In this document: positions 21,390 through 30,251 of the stretch, one piece after another
How the letters are laid out: each line of letters starts with the position of its first letter
How positions within the stretch are numbered: position 1 is the stretch's first letter
DNA from: Desulfosudaceae bacterium
GTDB taxonomy: Bacteria > Desulfobacterota > Desulfobacteria > Desulfobacterales > Desulfosudaceae
Direction: 5' to 3'
Assembly (NCBI GenBank): GCA_963674745.2
Contig: CAXXDV010000001.1
Span: 736,001-800,000, forward strand
Length of the DNA stretch: 64,000 nucleotides
The notes under the pieces: model-generated
Databases searched by the model: none
What the model saw: only the letters and a program-made list of their open reading frames with translations
Told to the model about the DNA's origin: nothing
Translations under genes and position numbers: made by a program

Positions 21390-21466
21390 CGGGGCGTGGC
21401 GCAGTCTGGTAGCGCACTTGCATGGGGTGCAAGGAGTCGCAGGTTCAAATCCTGCCGCCCCGACCA
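21390..21466 (+). tRNA. tRNA-Pro(GGG)
   Basis: Acceptor CGGGGCG/CGCCCCG, anticodon stem CTTGC/GCAAG with loop AT-GGG-GT, GGTTCAAATCC T-arm, encoded CCA. Confidence 0.97.
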
Positions 21467-21475
21467 CACACTTCT

Positions 21476-22018
21476 TCATAACAGTTGTTTCCCACAGAGG
21501 TGCTTCAGCTTCGACAAAGCATCAGGATCATCAATAGAAACAATTGCTTCCGGCCCTAAAAGCCATTTCCGACAGACCGGTTCGACCAGCGATTTTCGGA
21601 CAATCCAGAAGTGTCCGGCCCTCGTGAGGGTCAGCAACGGAGCCAGTTGCCCGGCCCACCCCGATCCGGCCAGTTCCAGCTGGCCGATCTCATCCACTAC
21701 GATCCAGTCCGCCGAACAGCAGCGGCTTATTGACAGGGCTTCTTTTCCGGCCGCCAGCCCCTGATCGAAAAAGGTAAACCCCGTAGCCGCGTCGTTGGCA
21801 GGGGCAGGGTTGCGCCGGGCCAGTGGCGTGACGCGATCGTTGCCCAGGTCGACCAGATCAAACCCCGATCGCTGATTGCTCTGCCAGTGTCCGCGGGCGA
21901 TGATGCCGGCCACTTTACCCCCCTGTTGTTTCATCCAGTCGATTAGCGCTTCGGCCAGGGTGGTTTTTCCGGACTGGGTATCGCCGGTGATAATGATCAC
22001 CCGCGGTCGCTCATTCAT
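21476..22018 (-). CDS. P-loop NTPase (NTPase_1/THEP1/DUF2478-like)
   Basis: IIITGDTQSGKTT, RSGFDLVDL, IVVDEIGQLE; start overlaps the ABC ATPase stop. Confidence 0.8.
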   Translation of the reverse strand: MNERPRVIIITGDTQSGKTTLAEALIDWMKQQGGKVAGIIARGHWQSNQRSGFDLVDLGNDRVTPLARRNPAPANDAATGFTFFDQGLAAGKEALSISRCCSADWIVVDEIGQLELAGSGWAGQLAPLLTLTRAGHFWIVRKSLVEPVCRKWLLGPEAIVSIDDPDALSKLKHLCGKQLL

Positions 22019-22799
22019 CAAAAATCGCTTTCGGCAGAAACACCTGCCTGTTGCCGGAAATGTTGACGGCCATGGTTTCGGCTTCATACAACCGGTCCAT
22101 GTTGATTTTTGTCATGACTTCGGCTGTCGGGCCGGACACGATGACCCGGCCGTCCTGAAGCATGATGACCTGATCGGCGAAAAGCATGGCCAGGTTGGGG
22201 TCGTGCATGGCAGCCACCACGCTGATGCCCCGGGTCCGGCAAATGGTCTTAATGGTTGTCAGCAACCGGTACTGATTGTGAAAATCCAGGTGGTTGGTGG
22301 GCTCATCCAGCAGCAGCACATCGTTGGTCTGGACCAGCGCCCCGGCCAGCAGGGCCATCTGCCGCTCCCCACCGGAAATCCGGTTAAAATTGCAGCCGGC
22401 CAAATGCCCGGCATTGAGCATGTCCAGCGCCGATTCCGCCATGGCATAGTCTTCCGCTTTGGGACTGGCGGTCATACCCAGGTAGGGCGCCCGGCCCATG
22501 ACCACCACTTCCAGGACGGTAAACGGAAAGATATCGACATGTTCCTGGGGTACCAGGCTGACGTTCCTGGCCACCGCCTGACGTGGCAGGGTACTCAAAT
22601 CAATGCCGTTGACCGTCACACTCCCTGCGCAGGGCATCAAAATGGTATTCAGACAATGCAGAAGCGTTGTTTTGCCCGAGCCGTTGCGGCCCAGCAGGGC
22701 ACAGAATACGCCCGCTTCAATATCAAACGAGATATCAGTCAAAATGGGACGGCCGTTGTACTTAAACCCGATTGACCGGCAGGACAGTTTTACATCCAT
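22011..22799 (-). CDS. ABC transporter ATPase (FepC/BtuD/HmuV type)
   Basis: GRNGSGKTT, ISGGERQ, LLLDEPTNHLD, AMHDPNLA. Confidence 0.93.
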   Translation of the reverse strand: MDVKLSCRSIGFKYNGRPILTDISFDIEAGVFCALLGRNGSGKTTLLHCLNTILMPCAGSVTVNGIDLSTLPRQAVARNVSLVPQEHVDIFPFTVLEVVVMGRAPYLGMTASPKAEDYAMAESALDMLNAGHLAGCNFNRISGGERQMALLAGALVQTNDVLLLDEPTNHLDFHNQYRLLTTIKTICRTRGISVVAAMHDPNLAMLFADQVIMLQDGRVIVSGPTAEVMTKINMDRLYEAETMAVNISGNRQVFLPKAIFDE

Positions 22800-23842
22800 C
22801 CGCTCCCCCTGTTCCTGAAAAGCAGATAGGCGAAAATCGGGGCCCCGGCCAGGGCGGTGATAATGCCCACGGGGATTTCACTGGTCGTCAGGCTGCGGGC
22901 CGCGTCATCGGCCGCCAGCAGCAGAATACTGCCCAGCAGGGCCGTGACGGGCAACATGTGCTTGTGATCGGGCCCGACCAGGGTGCGGGCGATATGGGGC
23001 ACCACCAGGCCGATCCAGGCGATCTGCCCGCAGACCGACACGGTGATGGCCACGATCAGGGAGCTGGCGGAAATCAACACAAACCGGAACAGGCGGGGTT
23101 CAACCCCGTGTGCCCTGGCCTGGAGATCGCCCAACGAAAGAATGTTCAAACGAAACCGCATCAGCAGAAATAACACCAGGATCCCAAGACAAAAGGGTGC
23201 GGTAATGATGACATCGGTCCAGGTCACCCGGGTCAGGCTGCCCATGATCCAGAAAACGATTGTGGGCAGTTCTTCAAGCGGGTCGGAAAAATATTTAACC
23301 ACCATCAGCAGTGCATTAAAGAACGAGAGCACCACCATACCGGCCAGCACCAGCACGATGACCGGTTTAACGGCTACCAGGCGGGCGATGCCCAGGGCGG
23401 TATAAACCGCCAGCAGCCCAAAGGCAAAAGACAGCAGATGGACCAGCGCAAAGGAATGGCCGGGCATTACCAGTCCAAGGGCGGCGCCGAAGGTACAACC
23501 GGCCGCCACACCCAGGATATCCGGCGATACCAGGGGGTTTCTGAAAAGCCCCTGGTAAACGGCACCGGACAGGGACAGGCTCATGCCGACCATGATCGCC
23601 ATCAGGCACCGGGGAACCCGCAACCACCAGATCACCATGGCATCGGCCGTCAGGGGTTCCGTCGAAAAATTACCGGACAGGAGGCGGGATAAAAACGTCG
23701 CCAGTTCACTACCGGCCACGTTGAATCGGCCCATTGAAAGGGAGGCGACAAAGAGGAGCACCAGCACCAGAAACAGGATGATGATCAGTTTTCCGGGACC
23801 GCCCAAGGGGCTGTTACCGGAAGATCGGGATTCAAAAGTCAT
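22790..23842 (-). CDS. FecCD/BtuC-family ABC permease
   Basis: LRVPR, QGLFRNPLVSPDILG, IAWIGLVVPHIAR, EIPVGIITALAGAP. Confidence 0.93.
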   Translation of the reverse strand: MTFESRSSGNSPLGGPGKLIIILFLVLVLLFVASLSMGRFNVAGSELATFLSRLLSGNFSTEPLTADAMVIWWLRVPRCLMAIMVGMSLSLSGAVYQGLFRNPLVSPDILGVAAGCTFGAALGLVMPGHSFALVHLLSFAFGLLAVYTALGIARLVAVKPVIVLVLAGMVVLSFFNALLMVVKYFSDPLEELPTIVFWIMGSLTRVTWTDVIITAPFCLGILVLFLLMRFRLNILSLGDLQARAHGVEPRLFRFVLISASSLIVAITVSVCGQIAWIGLVVPHIARTLVGPDHKHMLPVTALLGSILLLAADDAARSLTTSEIPVGIITALAGAPIFAYLLFRNRGSGWM

Positions 23843-24897
23843 TGTCTGCCCAATATGTTATCTGCCAGTTCACCGCCCATGTCGCTCAGGGACTGACCGA
23901 ACAGGTCCCGGTGAAATTGATTGATCATTTTCATGGTCTGGCCCTGATCAAAATGATCGGGATAGGCCTTTGCCGCCAGCCAGAGGGTGGCCAGAACAGA
24001 CAGCGGGGAGGGGAAATCCCAGGGCGACAGGGTGGACGGGAAACGATAAACAGCCTTATCGGCCACTGCCGGGACACCTTGAAAAACAGGGCTGCCCAGA
24101 CGCCGGGTCACGCTGCTGTCCAGACTCTGGGAGAGCACCATCACATCCGGGTTCCAGCGGATGAATTGTTCCGGCGACACTTCCTGAAAATAGCCGGAAA
24201 GGTCATGGGAAACGTTGACCAGACCGGCCGTGGCCAGGATTTCGTCCTGGAGCATATTACCGCTGGTGGTGCTGAACAAACCGCGCGGCGAAGCGTAGTA
24301 AACGCGTTTCTTTTTTTCAATCACCGGCCCGGCCAGTTTTTCTTTCACCAGGGCAAGAACGTCATCCATCCTGGATGCTGCCGGAATCAGGCTTTCATCA
24401 TCTCCCACCGCACGGGTAATGAGTTCCAGGGCCTGCTTGATACTGTCAAATGTTTCCGGGACAATAATGATCGCCGGGATGCCCAGATGCTGCAGGCGGT
24501 CGGCCAGCGCACGCCCGTCTTTCTGGGCGTAAAGAATCACCAGGTCCGGCTTGACCGATAAGATGGTCTCCAGGTTCAAGCCGGCTGATTTCTTGCCGAC
24601 GGCGGGGACACCGGCCACACCGGGATATACTGCCTGATGAAGCCGGTCTTTTCGGGAATCGGTATCAATACCGACCAGTTTTTTCTGCAACCCAAGGCAG
24701 AAGACACACAGGGTTGCAGGCTTATATGTGGTCACCAGGCGATTGACCGGCCCGTTTATGGTAACAGGACGTCCGGCCATATCGGTTATCACGCGACCGC
24801 GGGTTTTGTCCTGAGCCATGGCCGGGAGCGACAGAAACGTAATCAGCAATAGCAACCCGCTGATCCTGACGGCTTTAGTAAATCGTGTGCTTATCAT
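23839..24897 (-). CDS. Periplasmic binding protein (Fe-siderophore/B12 type)
   Basis: Signal peptide, ITDMAGRPV, NLETILSVKPDLVI, VSPEQFIRWNPD, PWDFPSP. Confidence 0.88.
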   Translation of the reverse strand: MISTRFTKAVRISGLLLLITFLSLPAMAQDKTRGRVITDMAGRPVTINGPVNRLVTTYKPATLCVFCLGLQKKLVGIDTDSRKDRLHQAVYPGVAGVPAVGKKSAGLNLETILSVKPDLVILYAQKDGRALADRLQHLGIPAIIIVPETFDSIKQALELITRAVGDDESLIPAASRMDDVLALVKEKLAGPVIEKKKRVYYASPRGLFSTTSGNMLQDEILATAGLVNVSHDLSGYFQEVSPEQFIRWNPDVMVLSQSLDSSVTRRLGSPVFQGVPAVADKAVYRFPSTLSPWDFPSPLSVLATLWLAAKAYPDHFDQGQTMKMINQFHRDLFGQSLSDMGGELADNILGRQ

Positions 24898-25006
24898 TTC
24901 GCCATCCTCATGTCATGATTTGGGTCCGAATATACCATCAATCGGCGCTAACGCCAAGAGAGAGGGAAAATCCGCCGCGCCTAAATTGAAAATAAAACCG
25001 GTATTG

Positions 25007-25885
25007 TTATTTTCTGGTCGTCACAACCGAGACGATCAGGTAAGCCAGAAATGTGAGAATCATGAACGCGTAAACACCGAAAAAAAGCTCATGAAGCGGA
25101 TTTTCAACAACGGTGATGACGGCGCCGACAGCGGGAACACCCGTGTCCGGCAGCGACTTTTCAGGGATTAGAAAAAAACGGTTAAGGGTAACACGAAAAG
25201 CGCCCCGTCGATAGGGCTTTAATAAACAGGCGCGCCCGCCTTGAATTGTTGCGCCTTCCCTGGAAACGGAAAAATCGATATAATTATCCTTCAGCCTGAC
25301 GCGGTCCCGGGTCAACAATTGGCGGCGTTGTTGACGGTCTTTATGCTGCAGAACAGAAGCAAAGGAACAGCTTGCCGATTTCAGTTCAATGGTGGTGCCA
25401 TCCGGTAAACCGTTGCTCTGCCCGGGCAGCAGTTCCATGTTGGATGACTTAAACCCGATGGCCATGTGCGCCCCATGCCCGATCATCACCAGCCCGATAA
25501 GCACATGCAGGGTAAAGAGCAGCAGCGGTCTTGCCCCGCTGTTCAAGCGGATTTTCAGGGCCGGTTGCATGAAGCAGCAACAGGCGAGGTTGATAAACAG
25601 CAATCCGGACAACCCCATCAGCACGATCAGCCAGCCGCTGATCAGCGGGTGCGAGGCGGCGCTGTTTCCCAGCCAGGACAGGATCAGTTCATCGTTCATG
25701 CCCTTGATAATGCTGTCCGCAACCGGATGCCGGGTCAGCAGGATCCCCATGCCCAGCCACAGGGCCAGGGCGGCCATGAGCACAAAGCAAAATGACAGTG
25801 ACGACAGGTGCTCAACCAGCCCCCGGAAAACGGATGCCCGGCTTTCGGTAAGGGTTATTTCGCCAGCGCCGTTTTTGATTACCAT
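25007..25885 (-). CDS. ResB/CcsB-like membrane protein
   Basis: Three N-terminal TMs, INLACC, TM His (FTLHVLIG), periplasmic domain and C-terminal TM; translationally adjacent to the CcsA-like gene. Confidence 0.55.
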   Translation of the reverse strand: MVIKNGAGEITLTESRASVFRGLVEHLSSLSFCFVLMAALALWLGMGILLTRHPVADSIIKGMNDELILSWLGNSAASHPLISGWLIVLMGLSGLLFINLACCCFMQPALKIRLNSGARPLLLFTLHVLIGLVMIGHGAHMAIGFKSSNMELLPGQSNGLPDGTTIELKSASCSFASVLQHKDRQQRRQLLTRDRVRLKDNYIDFSVSREGATIQGGRACLLKPYRRGAFRVTLNRFFLIPEKSLPDTGVPAVGAVITVVENPLHELFFGVYAFMILTFLAYLIVSVVTTRK

Positions 25886-26604
25886 ATGAACAACCCCGTG
25901 ACGGCCGCCGCCGTTCCCAGGTGAAGGCCAAACCGCCATGGCGTCCGACGGGCCAGGGATACCGGGAGGTGAAAGTTGAGCATGAAAAGAAAAAAGACCA
26001 TGGCGGACTCAAAGAAGTTGTCGCTCCAGTGCCAGGAGTCCCCCCAACCCAGCAGGCACCAGACGGATCCGGACAGCTCACTGCATAAAAAAGTAATGGC
26101 ACCGGCCATGAACAACTGCCGGTCGAAATCCTGCCGACCGCTGCTGAGTGCGGCCGTCAACCCCAGGGTCGCGGTCAGCATGACACCGGCTGAAAGCTGT
26201 TTAAAGAAAAAAAACCCCTGGGCCAGGGGGCTGACATACATAAAATAATCATGATTCAGTTGCAGCCTGGCCAGGCCCCCCAGGGCGCAGAGCAGGGTCA
26301 GCGCCAGCCCGAACAGAACAAGAACCGCCCGGTCATCCCGGTAGCGGGGCCTTGCCACCAGCAGACCGGCCAGTGTCCAGCCCAGCACCGAGATCGATTC
26401 ATATCCGCCGACAAGGGGAAGCCGATGAAGGGAAAAAGCAAACACCCCGATATGAATGGACAGCAGAATAAAACCGGTCGCAGCGGGGAAAACGGCCGGG
26501 CGCATCCTGTTTCCCGGTCCGGCCAAAACGGCGGTGAGCAAAAAGCACACCGCCGCGGCAAGGAACATCATTGTGGCACCCGGGATAATAGTAATTCCTG
26601 TCAT
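25879..26604 (-). CDS. CcsA/CcmC-like (WWD-family) membrane protein
   Basis: HRLPLVGGYES, Trp-rich WCLLGWGDSWHWSD, LNFHLP. Confidence 0.7.
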   Translation of the reverse strand: MTGITIIPGATMMFLAAAVCFLLTAVLAGPGNRMRPAVFPAATGFILLSIHIGVFAFSLHRLPLVGGYESISVLGWTLAGLLVARPRYRDDRAVLVLFGLALTLLCALGGLARLQLNHDYFMYVSPLAQGFFFFKQLSAGVMLTATLGLTAALSSGRQDFDRQLFMAGAITFLCSELSGSVWCLLGWGDSWHWSDNFFESAMVFFLFMLNFHLPVSLARRTPWRFGLHLGTAAAVTGLFIW

Positions 26605-26616
26605 ATTATCCTGCTA

Positions 26617-28698
26617 TTAGAACCTGGCGCTGGCCCCCACCCGATACATCCGTCCCCGGCCGGGGAAGCCGATTTCCTGTTCATAGTCTTCATCAAAGAC
26701 ATTATCCACTTCCACAAAACAGGTGACAAGGTCTTTAAATGTTCTGGAAATCCGGGTATTCGTAATCAGATAATCATCGGTGGTGGTGGCTTCAAGGTCC
26801 GGATCACCGGTGGTCGGCAGGGTGTCGTACATACTGTTAACGTAAATGGCCTGCAAATCAACATTTACCAGGCAGACGGGAATAACGAACCCGCAGCCGA
26901 CGCCCAGCTTGTGTTCCGGCACGTTGGCCACCCGGCCGGTGGCCCGGTTGTCACTCCGGTTATCAGCGTCATTGAAGGTATAATTGAGGTTGAAGCGGAG
27001 GGTCTCGGACGGCACCACGGCCAGGTTCATTTCCACACCTGCCATGGCGATATCTTCGGTATTGGTGAAAAGTTCTTCCCCGGTGTAATCGTCTTCATAA
27101 TAATCCCGGGAAATCCAGTCGGAAATATCATGGTAAAAAGCAGCCACATCAACCGTTGTGCAGGTCCCGAAGGCTTTTCTGACCCCCAGCGTATAGTTGA
27201 TGGTGGACTCTGAGTCAAGTTCCGGATTGCCACCACTGGAAGAGTAAAGCTGAAACAGGGTCGGGAACCGGGTCTTCCGGGCGATGGATCCATAGAGGGT
27301 GGCGTCCTTGATCAGGCAGTCAAAGCCGATCATGGGGTTGAACTCATCTTTTGTGCCGGGCGTATCGAGCGCGGCCTGGCCAAGCAGAAAGTCATCATCG
27401 TCAAAGACATAATCTTCGGCTTCATCCACCTTGAACCAGTCGTAGCTGACGCCGGCATAAACGGTCAGGATGTCGGTGGGACGGAACTCATGCTCGGTGC
27501 CGACAGAGCCGGTGTAGGAGGCGTAGTCATTGTAGGGCATCCAGGAATCATCCCGGGATTCATGATCGTCTTTTTTGTAGTGCAGGCTGATATGCCCCTT
27601 ATGGTAGTCTGCAGACGAGTAGTCGGTAAACAAAGAAGCGCCCAGGATATTGTCTTTGTAGGTGCTTTTGGCAATGGCGGTTTCCATATCCGGACCGTCA
27701 TAGGAAACATACTCATCCTCGTGATCGTGATAAAATAATTTTCCCCGCAGGGCCAAACCGTCACTGAAGGTATGGCGGCCGCTCAAATCTATGCCCATGT
27801 CATTATAATTTTCAAACCGCGCAAACGTCGAAAAGGCGGGGTTGTCATTTTCCCGGGTGAAAATCCGGTATTCGTTGGTGGCCAGAGGGTGACCTTTTTC
27901 CGTTTGCAGGGTATGAAAACTGATAAAATATTCGGATTGCTCGGTGGGGGTCAGGCCGAACCGGGCCCAGAACTTGTCTTCTTCATAATCCGAGTTCTCC
28001 CGGCGGCCGCCGTCTTCATGGATGCCGTCCAGGTCGGGCATAAATTTTCTGGCGCGAACCGCTGTTTCCGGATCAAAATGATCTGAAAGCGTCCAGCCGT
28101 CGCTTTCCTGACGATTATAACTCAGCCAGTAGTTGAATTTGCCGACCTGATTGCCGTGGGACAGGGAAAGATTATATGTCCTGTCTTCACCCCACTCGCC
28201 CTTGACATGAAAGGTGGGGTCTTCGGTTCCCTGCTGGGTGATAATATTCACTACTGCGATCTGGGCATTGGCGCCGTAAAGGACCGAAGGCGCGTTCTTG
28301 GTAACTTCGATCCTGGAAATAATATCAACCGGGATCTGATCCAGATTCAGTTTACCGTAATAGGTCTCATAAAAAGGAATACCGTCGATCAGAAACAGTG
28401 TCTTTTCCTGGGAAAAGCCATGCACGGAAACCTCGGCTTCGTTTTTTCGCCCCCGGGTCATGGTGATGCCCGGCGCGAACTTCAGGGCTTCGGCCACGGT
28501 CTTGCTGTTATTGGTTTTTATATCTTCTGCGGTAATCACATGGGTGATGGCGATGTCTGAAACGGCGGTCTTCTCACCGGTCACGACAATTTCGCCCAGC
28601 GTATAACCCTTTGTTTCAGAAGTCGATTCAGCAGCCAGGGCAGCGGCTGCCAGAGTCAGACAAACGACCAGGACCATTCCCTGAAGGACATGTTTCAT
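26617..28698 (-). CDS. TonB-dependent receptor
   Basis: Signal peptide, EIVVTG TonB box, plug (LIDGIP..RIEVTK..SVLYG), RFPTLFQLY, VDNVFDEDY, terminal Phe. Confidence 0.95.
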   Translation of the reverse strand: MKHVLQGMVLVVCLTLAAAALAAESTSETKGYTLGEIVVTGEKTAVSDIAITHVITAEDIKTNNSKTVAEALKFAPGITMTRGRKNEAEVSVHGFSQEKTLFLIDGIPFYETYYGKLNLDQIPVDIISRIEVTKNAPSVLYGANAQIAVVNIITQQGTEDPTFHVKGEWGEDRTYNLSLSHGNQVGKFNYWLSYNRQESDGWTLSDHFDPETAVRARKFMPDLDGIHEDGGRRENSDYEEDKFWARFGLTPTEQSEYFISFHTLQTEKGHPLATNEYRIFTRENDNPAFSTFARFENYNDMGIDLSGRHTFSDGLALRGKLFYHDHEDEYVSYDGPDMETAIAKSTYKDNILGASLFTDYSSADYHKGHISLHYKKDDHESRDDSWMPYNDYASYTGSVGTEHEFRPTDILTVYAGVSYDWFKVDEAEDYVFDDDDFLLGQAALDTPGTKDEFNPMIGFDCLIKDATLYGSIARKTRFPTLFQLYSSSGGNPELDSESTINYTLGVRKAFGTCTTVDVAAFYHDISDWISRDYYEDDYTGEELFTNTEDIAMAGVEMNLAVVPSETLRFNLNYTFNDADNRSDNRATGRVANVPEHKLGVGCGFVIPVCLVNVDLQAIYVNSMYDTLPTTGDPDLEATTTDDYLITNTRISRTFKDLVTCFVEVDNVFDEDYEQEIGFPGRGRMYRVGASARF

Positions 28699-28977
28699 TT
28701 ACTCCCCCTTATATTAAATTGATATTGTTATTCAAATTTTGAAAATTAGGATTTATCGTTATTAAATGTCAATACAATTTTTATATTTTTAATCAAATGG
28801 GTTTAAAATAACAGAAAATAACCTATATTAACCATATTTTAATATAAAGGGGCCAGGGATTCGAGGGGTCAAGGGGTCACATGACGGATGCAGGACTTGT
28901 CTTTCAGCCCGGTTTGCGCTAATAAAACTTAATATCCATGCTGAAAATCGGATACCCCCATCCTGAAAGGGTCACTC

Positions 28978-29922
28978 ATGAAAAAACTGTTATCAACACG
29001 GGAAGTTGCAGAGTACCTGGGCGTCAATGAAAAAATGGTCTATTCTCTGGTTTCGGCAAAAGGCCTGCCCGCCTCAAAGGTCACCGGCAAATGGGTTTTC
29101 CCTTTGCACCTGGTGGATGAATGGATGGAAGCCAACACGCTGAACTATCCCAGCCGTGCCCTTGACAAGGCCTCGGGGCATCCCCGGGTGATTGTCCTGG
29201 CCGGCAGCAACGACATTCTGCTTGAAAAAACCATCGGCCTTTTCAACCGCTCCTTTCAGGACCACCTGGCGGTTTTTGCCAACCTGGGCAGCATGGGCGG
29301 ATTGCGGGCGCTTCGCAGGGACCTGTGCCATATCGCTTCATCACATCTGCTCCAGGAAAACGAAGCGGACTATAATTTTGAATTTGCCAACCGGGAATTC
29401 AACCAGGTGCCGGTCATGGTCAACTTCTGCCGCCGTGAGCAGGGATTTCTGCTGCGATCAGGCAACCCGAAAAAGGTTCAGTCCATTGCAGACATAAAAA
29501 AACCGGGGATTCGGCTGATCAACCGTTCGGTCGAAACGGGTACCCGCCACCTGTTCGACCGGGAAGCGAAAAAGGCGGGGATCGACCCGGAAACCATCGA
29601 GGGCTATCAAAACGAAGCCAACAGCCATATGGAGGTCGGCCTGGAGATAAAATCCGGACGGGCCGATATCGGCCTGGGTATCCGAACGGTAGCCGGCCTT
29701 CTGGGATTGGATTTTATCCCGCTGCGCTGGGAACGGTATGATCTGATGATCGCCAAAGACCGGTTTTTTGATAAACCCGTCCAGTATTTTCTGGGCATCA
29801 TGCAGGAAGCGGAATTCAGGGAAATAGCAAGCTCGCTGGAAGGATACGACGTCTCTACGGCCGGCAAAATCATCTATCCGCAGGAACCCGTGGCATTGGA
29901 TTCGAATTCCCGAAAAAAATGA
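28978..29922 (+). CDS. Excisionase-type HTH + PBP (molybdate-binding-like) transcriptional regulator
   Basis: LLSTREVAEYL..LPASKVTGKW, AGSND, GSMGGL, REQG, INRSVETGTR, ADIGLG, ERYDL. Confidence 0.85.
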   Translation: MKKLLSTREVAEYLGVNEKMVYSLVSAKGLPASKVTGKWVFPLHLVDEWMEANTLNYPSRALDKASGHPRVIVLAGSNDILLEKTIGLFNRSFQDHLAVFANLGSMGGLRALRRDLCHIASSHLLQENEADYNFEFANREFNQVPVMVNFCRREQGFLLRSGNPKKVQSIADIKKPGIRLINRSVETGTRHLFDREAKKAGIDPETIEGYQNEANSHMEVGLEIKSGRADIGLGIRTVAGLLGLDFIPLRWERYDLMIAKDRFFDKPVQYFLGIMQEAEFREIASSLEGYDVSTAGKIIYPQEPVALDSNSRKK

Positions 29923-29988
29923 CAACAAAAAATAATTGGCCCGAATCAAACGGGCTGTCGTGGGCACCACAACCGGCCGGACACATTA

Positions 29989-30243
29989 TCAGTCTGAAAA
30001 AAACGCCCACTTCATAAAAAAATAAAAAACGGCAAAGAGTATGGCGCTGACCACATAGGCAATCCAGTCAACCGGTTTTTTCGCTTTTCCGTCTTTCATG
30101 ATTTTACCCACGCGCCGTCCGCACTGGGTGCATTTTTTTACGTCCAGCGGCAACCGCTCAAGACAATCCGGACACTGCTTATAAGGCCTTGGCAGTTCGG
30201 GCTCTTTTCTTTCTTCTCCCATGACGACTCTCTTTTTACCCAT
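29989..30243 (-). CDS. Small Zn-ribbon membrane protein
   Basis: CPDC..CTQC plus C-terminal TM; follows ppiD-like gene. Confidence 0.65.
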   Translation of the reverse strand: MGKKRVVMGEERKEPELPRPYKQCPDCLERLPLDVKKCTQCGRRVGKIMKDGKAKKPVDWIAYVVSAILFAVFYFFMKWAFFSD

Positions 30244-30251
30244 ATTGCCTG

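Noticed and set aside
28850..28880. Short degenerate GGGG(T/C)C(A/G)AG tandem (similar at ~41268-41287)
   Set aside because: Only two to three imperfect units, too short to call a feature
28699..28977. Cobalamin or Moco riboswitch upstream of the TonB receptor
   Set aside because: The leader is short and AT-rich, with no B12 box or other recognisable conserved core
21390..29922. tRNA-Pro-integrated genomic island (uptake operon ends 9 nt after the tRNA CCA)
   Set aside because: No integrase and no duplicated tRNA 3' end (att site) seen in the window; the 'excisionase' HTH belongs to a regulator
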